NCBI RefSeq assembly: GCF_036321535.1
Contig: NC_087436.1
Coordinates: 92,940,001-93,004,000 of the forward strand
Length of the DNA: 64,000 nucleotides
Origin: Camelus dromedarius
Taxonomy: Eukaryota
Direction of reading: 5' to 3'
The translations under genes and the position numbers were made by a program. Shown piece by piece: positions 23,996 through 37,472 of this stretch (its first letter is position 1; each line of letters opens with the position of its first letter). Under the pieces are notes generated by a model, which saw only the letters and a list, made by a program, of their open reading frames with translations, did no database searches and was not told the DNA's origin.

Positions 23996-26934
23996 ACCCA
24001 TAACTGTTAGTTTCTGTACTCAGGCATTAATTCATCGATTCTTTATCTTTTCAAATGTTTATTGAGTCCCTCCTCTGTGGTAGGCCCTGAAGAGTTAGAA
24101 CAATCTCTCGGAAGATTTCCTTCTTCAGGTCACTGGGTCTCATGGTAACGAATTGTGGCTCCAATAAACCCAAATGGAAAATTACACAAAATGATGATGC
24201 CTGTGTCAGAGTATCTTCCTGTTTTTGAAAATGGAGCTGTTTCATGATCTGCAAATTCACACAAGTTCAGAGAAAAGAAGGAAGCTGCACAAAAAAGACC
24301 TGGGGTGATGGTAATTGTGGGATTCAGAGAGTTCTGGAAACTTGTTTTGATTTTGCTTCCTGCTCCTGGGCTCTGAGTTCTTCCCTGCTTCTATCTTTGG
24401 TTGGAAATGACATCATCTCTCACTCTCACCAGCCTGAAATGAGTTGTCCTTTATCTCTGCAAGTATGAATGTTCCTGTAAAGCCTCCTCTCTTTCAGATG
24501 CCTAGGAAGCAGACACAAAAGTATACGAGGGAATTGTGGTAACAATAATCATACGCTCTCCGTCTTTAACTTAAAATTTTCCAGACAATCCACAAGGCAC
24601 ATAAATCTCTTGACAGATCAGGCTGCTATTACCAGATATACTTAGGTTAGGTCTCTCTATGCACAAGGAAGCTTCAGGCACTCATTTAATAAATATTGGT
24701 TGAAAGTCAGCTACAGACTTGGCACCGGGGATGGGTGTGAGCAGCAACATCAGAATGGTCCTTGCCCTCTTGCTTCTTAGAGTTTTCGACAATCCCCTTC
24801 CTTTCCCTGACAAAAATCGTTCAAATTCCCACCCGGCTTTACTTCAAGCAAGCATATATTGTGTGGAATTAAACCCTTAAAGCTGGAGTTATGTGTAAAA
24901 CTGCCTCAATTCAACCTTCAACCCAGTGTCCCCGCTGTAGACTCATTTTTAAAAATAACAGAAGTATTTTTCCAAAGAATGCCCCCCACCCCTGCATTTT
25001 ACTTCACATGAGCTACAGGATATGTATTCTTACAGCAATAGGACGTAGACAAGGTGTGAGCTGCCCTTGGGGTGCTATACAATTAAAATTTATTTACCTT
25101 TCCAGGAAACCACTCTCTCCCCCCATACAAACTAAACCTCATGTGCAAATACTCGGGAAGCCTTTTTCTCCCCCTTACCTCCAGAGCGTCCTCACCTATA
25201 CAGTGTGAATCATGTCTACAAGGTAGGTTCTGTTGTGTTGTTGATGATTACTTTATTTTTCAATCTCTGGAGTATAATTGAGATAAAATGTAGGTCACTG
25301 AATAAAAGGCCTGGGACTTGTATTTTTCCTTCAACAAGCAGCCCTTTGATCTATTTAAATGCATCAATAATAGATTAAGCACATTACCATTTTATCTATT
25401 TTCCACAACCTCAGATCAGTTTGAAATTTTAAAACAACCCTATACAACTATCCTGGCATGTGTTATGTTTGTAGGTCTTTCAAATGGCATGAACGCGACA
25501 GGTTGGCTTTTCTTTAGAATTCTGATATGGGGGGAATTGTGTTTAACTGATGTGATAGAAACAGGGAAGTAACTGACATAGAGTTAAATAGTCCAATAAA
25601 AAGGGTTCGCTTTTCTTTTAAGGAAAGAAGTCTGGAAGTTATGTCAACAGCTGTATTTTCCAGCTCCCGTTGTTTCTCCTTCCTCCCTGACTCCAGTCGA
25701 ATTTATTTTTGCATTGAATAATTCGGCTCCTTTCCCTTTGTAACGGGCTGTATTTGGGGAGATGAAGACAAACTGCTTAGACCTTGAAAAACACATGGGC
25801 TCCTCGGGTAGATGGCATCTGTGAGGACTCAGAACCCCCTCCACATTCTACAGGGAAAAAACAGAGCCAGGTGCATTTCTTCCCAAATCAAATTAGCTGC
25901 AAGATGCCACATCCAATTGTGGCAAATTGATGTGAGAGTTTGTGATGTCTGCAGCAGCTCTTCCAGCAAAGGTCACCACGGAAAGACACAGGCACCAGGC
26001 GGGGGTGCGGCAACTTATGCTAGAGCCGCTCTGACAATAGCAGGCAAGATGTAAAATGCAATCAGCTTTTTGAAAATTGCAAGAGAATCCAGTTGTAAGT
26101 ATGTATTCTAATTGGATTTACTGTGCCATCATTTACCTCTTTAAGGATGTTAACATAACATTATGTTTAATTGAAAAAATGGGTAGTTAACTATTCAGAA
26201 GAGACTCTCCAGCCCCCCATATAAGCCACAGTCTAATCAGGCACAAAATATAGGGGGCCCTAATTACATCGCCAGACAGTTTTCGCATTTCTTAAATAAA
26301 ATTTGCTTATTTACCACTGAAAATTAACTAAAAACGTTGACATGTGACAAATTTACCCATCTTGATAGTTGTTTGTAAAGATCTCTCCTGACATTAACAA
26401 GTTTACATCATGCTTTATGACATTTAATTAGTCATATTTTATTTAATTAGCATGGTAAGACATCTAAAGCAATCCAAATACTTTCTGAAATGCCCAAACA
26501 GGAGGCAATGGTTCCATACATTGTGAGAGACCAGGCAAACGTCTCTTCAGACCACTTACCAGATGGGTCTGCATTATTGGCTATATCTAGCAGGCTGCTC
26601 TAGCAGAGAAATGGGAATATTTTAAGGTTTCAACAAACCATTTCAAGGACCCCCTCAAAATCTGTCTATAAAGTGCACATTCTTTTCCACGCAGGCTTAA
26701 CCCAGGACATGGCTCTGCTTGAAGGTAAAAATAAAGCCATGCATCTGGTAGGCTCGTGATCTAACTGTATTTATTAAACAATGGATGGATAAGTAGGTAC
26801 ATTATCTTGGAGGAGATTGTTTTACGAGATTGTGATCCTTTTCACAGCTTTTTTGGAGACTTCTCATGTGCTTTCTTTTCACAACTCCTGATGATTTTCA
26901 TGGTACCTAGACTCTGCTATAAATGCAAGTCTTC

Positions 26935-27130
26935 TCCAGTGTTTATTAAGCACTTATTATGTGCCAGGCAACATGCCAACCACTCTCATGCATTTGATCC
27001 TTCCCTCAATACTGGGAGATAGGAGCCACTATCGCTCCCCTTTGTTAGGTGATGAAACTGGGACTTAGGGATGGTTATTAACAGCTGGCAAGTGAGTGGC
27101 AAAGTTAGGTGTCAAGCACGGAGCTTCCTG
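26935..27130 (-). mobile_element. MIR SINE
   Basis: tttattaagcacttattatgtgccaggc...catttgatccttccctcaatact...gatgaaactgggacttag. Confidence 0.7.
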
Positions 27131-29319
27131 GAGCAGATCAAGGCCCCTACAAGAAACCACCCTGCCCCTTGGATGGCAGATTTGTGTTCTTAAGCAGCTC
27201 CTCAGCCCTGTTCACACCCAGGCTACTCTACCCCAAACCTGAAGCTTGAGTACTTAATCTGTCCACATCACAGCCTAGCTCTTTTGTGGTTAATGGCAGC
27301 TGGTCCTACTCCTTTAAAAACACATATGACTCTGAACGATTCAAAATGATTATGGAATATCCATAATAAAACCCACAGTGGAAATTTTGTTTCTAATTGT
27401 TGACTGTAAATTCTGCTCTTGTAATGAAATTGGGTCACATACCCTGCCCCTAATTCTCCTAAGTCATAAGATTTCATTTTAAGTGCTACTGTAAACCTGA
27501 ATGGTGCCTCCAAACTTAATGATTTTTCTCTGTACAGACATAAGTTAGTTCAACTTTGAAAACTCCAGTAAGGAAAAGAGTCACCTTTGTTTTAGGCAGG
27601 TGAGTAAACTCAGATGTCCAAAGTTAGGGAGCAGAATAGGAGAGGAATCAGAAATCTACTCTCTGCCTTCACATTGACCATATAAAAACCTCGGGGGAGA
27701 GTTTTTAAAACACCCACACAAATCTGTTTCAGATTTGGATTGCTTATATTTGATTACATGTAACTTTCAAGCATTTACTCAAATTTTCCAATGGATGTGA
27801 ACCCCCCCCCATATCTGTGGTTACTCCAACCACTTCCAAACTCTCCCCCTCCCTCAAAAGGGAATGCAGATGTAGGTTTTATGCTAAAATAGCTGAGCTC
27901 TAAGTGCATTAAGAAAATCATTTCAATATAGCTTTTACTAATGCAGACGATTTTTTAAATGAAACAAGGCAGATACAATAGCAGAGGCGCCACAGATTGA
28001 ATAAATATCACTTAACCAATTACCAATTATCCATGCTAATGAAGGATGAGACAGAGCCTTGATAAATTAAAACCCCAAATAAACTGAATGTTGGTTTAAC
28101 CAATGATTCCTCCCCTTTAGCAAGAGCGTCTGAGGAACAGCTATAACATGACTGATCTGAATTTTACTTCCTCGCCCTTCCTCCACCTGCCCGCCCTCTG
28201 ACTGTGGCTCTGATGGGCAGGAAAACGGTCAAAGGGCAGACAGCTGGAGGGAACTCAAAGGGAGCAGGGGGGACCCACAGAGTGGAGACTCTGCCCCTGG
28301 ATAATTGAGAGTTGATTGGATGCACAATGGCCTCCTTTTGTCCACTTCTCATTTTGGATCAGGGGCCACAGCCAAGCCTGACATAAGGAGCTCTTTCCTG
28401 GACCTTCCTCTCCTGGGCCAGCTGTGAGCATTCATGGGTGACAGCCGTGTTTGGCACATTCCTTGCTTTGCCTCTCTCCCCTCTGAATAATCAGGGATTG
28501 AGCTAGAAATCTCTGGTCATACCGGAAATCTGGTTCTTGTCATTTTGCAAAACCTCAGCCTGGGTCGAAGACTGCGAAGGACAGAAGGGGCTGCAGAGAA
28601 ACATCTTCAAATGATTTGACGCCAGGAGATTCAGGTTCCAGCCTTTCCTAAGCCTCCATCTTGCTCCCTGACTTCCTCAGTGTCTTTCTTTCTTCCATTC
28701 CTCTTGCCCTACATGCGTTCTTCTGGATTCCTCCCCCCATTCCACTAATGCCTCAGTGTTCCATCTTGCCACCCCTGCTCTTTGCCGTATCTCCTCTCTT
28801 CTGGCGGCCCCATTCCCTTCAGCGTCACACGTCCTGCATACAACTGGCTTTCTGATGCTCTGTGGGGCACCTTGCCCAGGGCTCACATAATGCCATGTGC
28901 AACTGCACAGTCATATCCTTTGCTAAAATATCTGTGCCCTTAGAGTGCATCTCTGCTAACCTGGCCTTCCCAGCCCAAACCTTAGGACTCCCCACCCTAC
29001 TCTTCCATGTTTCAGCAACCAAATGTTTAAAGCTGGACGCAGCCGCGGATCTCCTTGGCATTCATTCCATTTGGTTAGTGCCCTTGCTGTGCAGTGCCCT
29101 TCAAAACACATTCCACCTTGTCATCCCCACTCAAGGTACCTCCAGGAACCGACACGGCCAAGGGTTTATAGGCAGTAGGAGGAAAACAAGTACAAAATGT
29201 TAAATATATAGTCACTTGCAGACCGGAAGTTGCTTTCAGGTCCTACGAGCAGAACCCTGATCTATGGCTGCATGTATTAGAGCCTAGAATCATTTAGGGA
29301 CGAGATCTCTACTGATTTT

Positions 29320-30035
29320 AGAATCCCAAACATGGCTCCTGGATCCTTGCCTTTTGTCCATACGCCTTGCTCTCCCTGGACTGCCCTCCCAACTGCGCTT
29401 CCCAGGCAAACTGTTCTGCTAGGACTCTGCTCACGTGTCACCTCCTTTGTGCAGTTCTGATGACCCTCGTCTATTTAAGGAGCTGCAAGATCCCCCGTGT
29501 TCCCACAGAGGTTTGTAACTTTCTCTTTTAAAGCACCTAACGCCTTGTGTTGGAGCTAACTGCTAAGCCATCTCTTTCTTCCACTAAACTAGTATTTCTC
29601 AACCTTGGCAGGAGCACATTGGAAGGCCCTGGGAAGGTTTTTTTTTTTTTTTAAAGTTTATTCCTTTCTTTTTTTGGGGGGTGGGGTAGGGAGGTAATTC
29701 AGTTTATTTATTTATTTATTTTTTAGTGGAAGTGCTGGGGAATTCAACCCCGGACCTCATGCATGCTAGCCATGCACTCTACCACTGAGGAGTTTTAAGA
29801 CACATCAACAATTGGGCTTCATCCTCAGAGATTCTGATTTAATTGGGAAGAGGTGAGACCTGAGGGCTGAGAGGTTTAGTGCCTCCCCAGTGACTCTGAC
29901 CTGAAGCTGAATTTGCGTTCCACTGCCCTAGACTGTAAGCTACCTGAGGGAGCTAGTGCATCTCATTCATCTTTATAACCTCTGCCCCCCGGCACAGTGC
30001 ATGGCATACAGTAGATGCTCGTTGAATGAATATAT
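29320..30035 (+). mobile_element. L2 3' region interrupted by a MER5-type element (~29570-29930) and a SINE
   Basis: L2 end tagactgtaagctacctgaggg...gcacagtgcatggcatacagtagatgctc; MER5 phrase cagagattctgatttaattggg. Confidence 0.65.
29638..29789 (-). mobile_element. Vic-1-like SINE, slightly 5'-truncated
   Basis: ggaggtaattcagtttattta...ggacctcatgcatgctagccatgcactctaccactgag; the first ~12 nt of the head are missing. Confidence 0.8.
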
Positions 30036-30075
30036 ATCTGCATTTGTCGGTCTGGTCCTAGGTAGTTAAGGCCCC

Positions 30076-30500
30076 TGTGGCAGAGACTGCCAACTTTCCA
30101 CCAATATTCATTCTCCCCTCCATGGGAGAAGTGGTAAAATTTTTAGCTACAGGTGCAGGGTACTTAGGAGATAAACCAGGTTTCCCAGCTTCCCTTGTAG
30201 CTAGGAGAGGCCAAGAAAGTAAATTTGGTCCATGGGATGTGGCCTGAAATAGGGTGTGCGATTTCTAGGTTATGCCCTGAAAAAGCACGATCATCTCCTT
30301 CTATGCCCAGTTTTCTCCTTCCCTGCTGGCTGGTGTGCCAACATGGTGGTGATGGGCCATCTTGGACCATGGGGATGAGAAAAACTTAACAGAAGGGACC
30401 TGATCCCTGACTTGTGGAGCCATCATGCTCACTCTAGAGAAGGTCATAAACTGAAGTCACTGTTACTCTGGGTCTCTGTTACAGCACCCAAGTGTTAGTG
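30076..30500 (+). mobile_element. MaLR LTR (MLT1I/J-like)
   Basis: tgtggcagagactgcc...ttcattctcccctc...ttcccagcttcccttgtagctagg...gggtctctgttacagca. Confidence 0.6.
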
Positions 30501-30629
30501 CCTAAGTCATTTGGAAAAATCTTTGTATTGCACTATCACGAAGCCCAATACATGAGCTTGATAACACTAGCAAAACTTGTACTAACTCCACTCCAGTCTG
30601 CTGGCCAACACTGTTGCTCTACAGGAACA

Positions 30630-31090
30630 ACATTACTTGGGTCTCCGATGGCTTCCCATCACTCTTAGGCTAAAGGCCAAAATCCAGGTTATGGACCGCA
30701 AGGCCACGTCTGCCTCTCCAACCTCATCCTGCTCTCTGCTCCCCTTGGTGTCTCTGCCCCAGTCTCACTGGCCTGCTCTTTGTTCCTCCAATGAACAGCA
30801 GTCTCTTCCAGCACAAGATCATTGTACAGGCTGTTCCCTCTGTCTGGGATAACCCTGCTGTGTGTTTTCACTCGGTTGATGCTAACTCATCCTGCTGCCC
30901 TTCAGATCTCAGCTCAAGGGTCCCTTCCTCACGTCTCCCCTGACCTCTCTGACTAGGTAATCCCCGTATTATACATCTTGAAACTCTCTGCATTCATCAC
31001 ACTTGTGATTTTGCATTTATTGGGATGATTATTTAATTAGCAATTGTCTACATCACTAGACTCTTAGCTCCACAGGAGCAGGGCCAGTGG
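30630..31090 (+). mobile_element. L2 LINE fragment
   Basis: atggcttcccatcactcttaggctaaaggccaaa...gctgttccctctgtctggga...ttcagatctcagctcaag...cactagactcttagctcc. Confidence 0.75.
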
Positions 31091-32065
31091 CTCTGGGGAG
31101 CAGCGTTTCTCCCTGGAGCTGTGAGGAATGGGAGAGCACCTGTACTTACCCTTTCCCCCACTGTTTGCAGGCTCATCTGCCTAAAAGTTCCTGCTCTGAG
31201 TTCCCCTAAGAAGTCATAAACTCTTATCTAACATGGCTCCTCTTGTCTGGAATCACCTCCCCCTGCCCCCTTCCAAAGTATCCAGGTCCCAAACTCCCTT
31301 CAAAGCCCAAGCTTGTTCTGTTTCCTTCTGGAGGGTCTGATGAGCTATATTAACTTGTGAGTACTTCCTGCAGTCCTAAACTTTAGTTTTGTCAGGAGTA
31401 TTCAATAAGCTTTCGTGATAAATTGCCTAGCAACATTATTTATTTTTATGTAACTAGACTATCTCCCCAAATAGAATATAGATTCTTGGAGGGCAGGAAT
31501 GTGAATCTTTTATTCTTAGCATCTAATACAGGGGGTGCTTCCCAGTAAGCATCCAGTGAAGCACGAAGAGTTTGTTTAGGATGATGATGGTGACATAAGG
31601 AAGTGTATATTCTCTTCCAAAAGACTGTTGGAAACTTGCTCACCTGTAATCCTATACCTCAGAATTAAGGCAAGCATAGCGTTCACATGGGTCTTGAGAG
31701 AATATTTCACTACACATTGAAGGTTAAGTCCCTTCCAGCACAATACACCATGAGGGCTCTAATTTACTCAAGCCAGAGTCAAATAGCTGAGATCTGAATC
31801 TCAAAACTGCCCAGGGCAATGAAAACTCTAAGTGAATTGAAGAAGTCTCTTTTAACTTTGGTTGTAGTGAAAGAAAAAAAAATTAACAAGTTAGGGTAAA
31901 AGAGCATTAATCTTGGGTGCTAGCCCCGTGTTTTTTCATATTCACTTGGTGCCTCAAAGCCACCCACATCAGACTACTAGATTTATTAATCAGAGAGAAA
32001 CTTATGTTTTTTTTCTTCTGAGAAAATATAAAAGTATTTTTTCAAGGCATGAATTGGTATGTTTG

Positions 32066-32144
32066 TCCTTCCTTCCTTCCTCTCTTCCTCCCTTCCTTCC
32101 TCCCTCTCTTCCTTCCTCCCTCCCTCCTTTCCTCCCTTCCTTCT
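32066..32144 (+). repeat. (CCTT/CCCT)n polypyrimidine tract
   Basis: Direct inspection. Confidence 0.9.
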
Positions 32145-32344
32145 ATCCATATAGCCAGCCAGCAAAGATTTATTGAGAGTTGCCCATGTGCTAGGTAGGC
32201 ACCATGGTAGGCAAGTGATGTAAGAACAGATATTAGTAATAACAGCAACCAGAAAAGTTGCTAGTGGTTTTTTTGTGTTTATGTGTTAGATACATGCGTT
32301 GCTGTGTTTAATCCTTCTAACAACCTAAAATATACAGGACCATT

Positions 32345-32840
32345 GTATGTCTCAGCTCGTATCTTCTTGACTCATCTTTTTGGCCCAGCTGTTGCCATGA
32401 CAATCAGTTTCCTACAGGTATAACCCAGCAGTACCTTGTTTCAGCTTCACTGCTTGCCTCTCACTTTCTGCCCTGGGGTTTCTCTGCTGCCACCAAGAAC
32501 TCCCCTTTCGGAACTGCTCAGCCATTCTAATGGGAGCTCAGAGATGGGCGTGTGAGGGAGTTAGTGGGAGATAGGTGATGGTGGGTAAGTGCTCCCTCTT
32601 CTGTCAAGAGGACAGTTCTGAGGTCTACACAGTTCCTCAGAGGGTCCCAGCAGGATGGAGCCCCAGCCGCCGCAGGGGCCAGCTCAATACTGTGTGTGCT
32701 TACACTGATTATCCCCCCTGCCTGTTTCACTCTTCCTGGTTCCCCGTCTTGTTCCCTGAGATCTCTTCCCCCAAAATACTACTTGCCTAAGTCCTTGGTC
32801 TCGTCTTGATTTCTAGGAGGGGAAATCAAACAAAAACAAT
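32345..32840 (+). mobile_element. ERVL LTR (LTR16-like)
   Basis: gggtaagtgctccctcttctgtc...ggacagttctgagg...cctcagagggtccc...aaatactacttgcctaagtccttggtctc. Confidence 0.65.
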
Positions 32841-32869
32841 TAGCATTCACATTTCAACAGTTGAGGAAT

Positions 32870-33287
32870 GTATGGAGAAGGGTCTTTGCAGTTGTGATTA
32901 AGTTAAAGATATTGAGATGGGAGATTATCCTGGATTATTGGTTGGGCCCCACGTGCCATCATATTTGTCCTCAGGTATTATTCATGTGATGAGGTGGAGG
33001 GAGATCTGATACGCACAGAAGACAGTGTGACCGCCATGGCAGAGACTGGAGTGATGTGATCACAAGTCAACAGGACAAGGAATGCCCGCAGCCACCGGAA
33101 GCTGGAAGAGGCAAGAAAATTCTCCCGTGGAGCCTCCAGAGGGAGTGCAGCCCTGCCGACACCTTGATTTTAGTCCACGGACACTGATTTCCAGCTTCTA
33201 CCCTCCAGAATTGTGAGAGACTGAATGTTTGTTATTTGAAGCCACCAAGTTTGTGGTGATGTGTTACTATAGCCTTGGGAAACTTAC
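32870..33287 (+). mobile_element. MLT1B/C MaLR LTR
   Basis: gggtctttgcagttgtgattaagttaaagatattgagatgggagattatcctggatta...gaagctggaagaggcaag...ctccagaattgtgagag...aagccaccaagtttgtggt. Confidence 0.85.
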
Positions 33288-33405
33288 AAGAGGAAACTGA
33301 GGTGCACGAAGCTCAAATATTTTGCCTAAGATCTTAGTTAGTAACTGGCAGAACCAGGATTCAAACTCAGTTCTGTCTGACGCCAGTGCCCAAGTTCTCA
33401 ATACT
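33288..33405 (-). mobile_element. MIR SINE part (its other half lies at ~32260-32345)
   Basis: gaggaaactgagg...ggcagaaccaggattcaaactcagttctgtctga. Confidence 0.7.
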
Positions 33406-34254
33406 TTGCTTCCCCTCCAAATAGAGCAAGATTCCTTTCCTGGAGAGCAGCAGACAGTGAACCCAGGAACCATTGCTGATACTGGTAAGGCCATGCGGGA
33501 GGGAGGTGGGTGTCAGGAAGCTGCAGAGAGAGGAAGGCTTCCCTGGGCAGAGGTCATTACCTGGTGACAACCAGGAAGTCCTGTGTGACATGCAACCACA
33601 TCAGAGAGATTCCTGTCTGCTCATTTCAACCCCATAATTTCCTTCTTGAATTTCCTCTGATGCTGGCTGAAAGCCAGATCTCTACCCAGTCAGTCCAAAA
33701 TATTTGTTTTGATTCTCTTACCCTGCTGCCCAGGGTGGATGAGAGAAATTCTCCACAGGAAGACTTCCCTTGATTCTAGAGAATTCTCTAGGCTCCCACC
33801 AAAATAAGACATTCTGTCTCTGACACCTCAGGGAGGGAATTTATTGCGGACTCAAGAGTTCAATGAAGGCCTGCCCTACATCAAAATCCGAGGTTGACCA
33901 AGCGAGGCAGAAGACCCACTAGAAGTCTGTGGGAGTCCATTCTGGAAAGGCAGATGAAGGGACAACAGGATGTGGAAATGTACACAGGAATGAGCAAGGA
34001 ATTCTACAGGGTTTGTTTGATGGTGGGTGTTAATTCCTTAACTATGATCTTTCTAATATGGTCATTAAGTCATAATAAAGCCATAAAGAATTCTAACCAT
34101 TACCACTTAGCCTTGAATATTTCTTTCCTCCAATACTTCTTGGGCTACTTCCTCCTTTCCCCCAACAGTTTAACCCTGAAGACATTCTGTGGGTAAGATT
34201 ATGAGATAGCCTTGCCTAATCCTTCTCAGGGTACTGGGCTGGCACTTCTGCTGC

Positions 34255-35510
34255 TCTTTATTTCATAAAATGTATCAGGTACTTTCTACCAAACACTGGG
34301 CAAAGTTCTGATGATACAGAGATGACCTCAGGGAGTTCACCATCTAGGTGGCAAGACAGATGGCTATACAGCACTTACCAATAATATGGAAGGCATGTAC
34401 ACAGTGATGTGAGAGAGGAGAGGAGGCATGCCTAGCTTAGAACAGGAAAACAGAGACAGACACTTGCAACAGGAGACACTGTGCTGAGTCTTAAAGGAAA
34501 AGGCTGTTACCCAGGTAGGGAAGGAGGGTAGAGCGAGGGGGTGTGGAGCGAAGGCAGAGGGAAACACGTTTTAGTCAGTTTGGGCTGCCATAACAAACGT
34601 CGTAGACTGGATAGCCTAAACAGCAAACATTTATTTCTCGTGGTTCTGGAGGCTGGGAAGCCCAAGATGAAGCTGCCAGCAGACTCAGCGTCTTCCTGGT
34701 TTGCACATGGTCACCTTCTTGTTACATCCTCACATGGTGGAGAGAGAGAGATGTCTCCGGTCTTTACGTCTTCTTATAATGGCACTAATCCCATCCTGGG
34801 GCCTCTACCCTCATGCCGCATCCAAGTCTAATCCCCTCCCAAAGGTCTCACCTCCAAATATTATGACATTGAGGAGTAGGGCTTCAGCATAAGAATTTGA
34901 GGGGGTCACAGACATTCAATGCAGAGCACATGTACAAAGGCAAAGAGGTGAGAACAACAAGAGGGTGAGAGAGAACAACTGGGGACTTGGTAAGCACTGC
35001 TGTTGTTGGAGCCCAGGTGCACGTGCACACAGCTGGAGAGTAAGCATGAAAGCCTTGTCTGCCTTGTTGAAGTTAGACTTTATTATGAATGTAATGGGGA
35101 ATCATTGAAGGATTTAAGTCAGGAGTGACATGATCAGATTTACCTTTTAAATGATCACTGTTACATCAGTGTGCAGAGTATATTGGAGCGAGGCCTGACT
35201 GGAGACAGAGAGGCCAGTTAGGGAACTATGGCAGTGGTCCAGGTGAGAGATGATGAAATGGGGATGACAAAAGGGGGCAGATGCAAGAACAATTTAGGAT
35301 ATAGAATCAGCGGGAGGAGTTGGCCATAGAGAGGTACAGGAGGCTGAGGGAAGAGTTGAGGATGACTTCTGGATTTCCAGCCTGTGAAAGTTTGTAAGTG
35401 AGTAAGAAGATTTGGGGTAGGGGGGAAATAATGAATTGAGTTGAGGATATTCTGAATGAGAGACTATTCCCCATCATCCCAAGTGAAGATGTTTGCTAGA
35501 TGGTTTATTC
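34255..35510 (-). mobile_element. L2 LINE split by an MLT1A-type LTR
   Basis: ggagttcaccatctag, aatggggaatcattgaaggatttaagtcaggagtgacatgatcagattt, ggtccaggtgagagatgatg. Confidence 0.75.
34567..34930 (-). mobile_element. MLT1A-type MaLR LTR
   Basis: tttagtcagtttgggctgccataacaaa...catttatttctcgtggttctggaggctgggaagcccaagat...cagacattca. Confidence 0.85.
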
Positions 35511-35808
35511 AGAAATTAATTCTCTTCACAGTCAAAAATACTCTCTCCTTGAGTGGTCTCATACTCTCACACACATCAGCTGGGTAGAATTGCTGATCGC
35601 TCTCAAGTCTGTAAATTCTGCCTGAACCTCTCTTCTGAGCTCCAACTTTCTGTTTCCTCTTGGATGTCCCATCTCAGATTAAGTGACTGCATCCCATCAC
35701 TAGGGTAATCTACTGAAAGCTGTGCTGTCCAATACAGTCCAGTAGCTACTTGGAGTATTGAGTACTATTATTATTGAATGCTAGTGAGTCCTGGAAATGT
35801 GGCTAGTC

Positions 35809-37036
35809 CATCAAGAAAATGAGAAGACAAGCCACAGACCAGGAGAAAATATTTGCAAAAGGCCTATCTGTGTATTTTACAGGATTTTTTTTTTCCCAGT
35901 GGAGGTACTGGAGATTGAACCCAGGACCTCATGCATGCTAAGCATGCGCTCTACCACTGAGCTGTATCCTTCTCCACAAGAGGCATATCTGGAAAAAGGA
36001 CTGTTATTCAAAATATACAGAGAACTCTTAAAACTCAACAATAATAAAACAAACAACCCAATTAAAAAATGAGCAAAAGACATGATCAGACACATCACCA
36101 GAGAAGATATACAGAAGACAAATAAGCATATGAAAAGTTGTTTAACATCATATGTCATTAGGTAACTGCAAATTAAAACAGCAATGAGATACAACTACAT
36201 GCCTATTAAAATGGTTAAAATTCAAAACACTGACGACACCAAATTCTGATGAGGATGTAGAGCAACAGGAGCTCTCATTCATTGCTGGTGGGAATGAAAA
36301 ACAATAGCACAGATACTTTAGGAATACAGTTTTGTTAGTTTCTTACAATTGTGCTTCTTGGTATTCACCCAAATGAGTTGAAAGCTTGCACCCAAAAAAT
36401 CTGTACAAACATTTATAGCAGCTTTATTCATAATTGCTCAAACATGGAAGCAACCAAGATGCCCTTAATTAGGTGAATGGATAAAGTGTGGTATGTCCAA
36501 ACAATGAAATATTATTCAGGGGTAAAAAGAAATGAGCTACTAAGATATGAAAAGACGTGGAAGAAACTTAAATGCATATTACTAAGTGAAAAAGCCAATC
36601 TGAAAAGGTTCCATACTGTATGATTCCAACCATATGATATTCTGGAAAAGGCAAAACTATGGAGATAGTAAATAGATCAGTGGTTTCTAGGGGTTAGCAA
36701 GGAGGCAGGGATGAATAGGCAGAGCACAGAGGATTTTGAAGGTTGTGAAACTACTCTGTATGAGACCGTCATGGTGGATACATGTCACTATGTATTTGTC
36801 AAAATCCCATAGAATGTACAACACCAAGAGTGAACCCCAGTGGAAACTCTGGACTTTGGATGGTAATGACATGTCATTGTAGGTTTATTGAGTCTAGCAA
36901 ATGTACCTCTCTGGTGTGGGATGATGAAAGTAGGGGAGGCTGTGGGTGGGGGACCAAGAGTTATATGAGAAATCTTCAGAACTTCTACTTGATTTTGCTA
37001 TGAACCTAAAACTGCTCTATAAAGTCTATTTTTTAA
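35809..37036 (+). mobile_element. L1MC-type 3' end (5'-truncated)
   Basis: gagaagacaagccacagac...gaactcttaaaactcaacaataataaaacaaacaacccaatt...gaatgtacaacaccaagagtgaaccc...aacctaaaactgctct. Confidence 0.9.
35885..35975 (-). mobile_element. Vic-1-like SINE (short form) inside the L1MC
   Basis: tRNA-Ala(AGC)-like head; degenerate TSD caaaaggcctatctg (35856-35870) / caagaggcatatctg (35977-35991). Confidence 0.85.
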
Positions 37037-37472
37037 AAGTGTGGTTAATCTAAATTGAGATGTGTTGTTCTATAAAACAGACCCTGAATTACAAAGACTT
37101 GTATGAAGGATGTAAATATCTTAGTAATAATTTTTCTATTGATTATATGAGAGGAAGCTAATATTTGGGAAATATTAATTTAACTAAAATATTATTAAAA
37201 TTTATTTACATTTCTTTTTTTAACTTAAAAAAATGTGGCTACTAGAAAGTTTTAAATAGTATGTGGCTTGCAATCTATTTCTTGTTTATAGCCTAAGCCA
37301 GCACGTTAGAACTAAGACTTCTGGCTTCTACTCCAGGATGAATCACTCATTCAGCAAACATATTTGAAGTACCTACTCTGTGATGAATAAGACATAGGTG
37401 CTCCCTGCCCTTGGGAAGCTTACAGTCTTTGTCTGCCTTATTATTGAGATCAGCATAAGAAAACAATTTTGA

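Larger units (their letters stand above)
35718..37285. mobile_element. MER33-like hAT element split by an L1MC insertion
   Basis: gctgtgctgtccaatac...gaaatgtggctagtc (35718-35808) resumes at ~37037 (aattgagatgtg...aatgtggctactagaaa). Confidence 0.7.

Noticed and set aside
35897..35975. tRNA-Ala(AGC) gene (also tRNA-like heads at 11.3, 19.3, 29.8, 37.5 and 61.7 kb)
   Set aside because: All are SINE heads with A-rich tails, most with TSDs, and diverged acceptor stems; not genuine tRNA genes.
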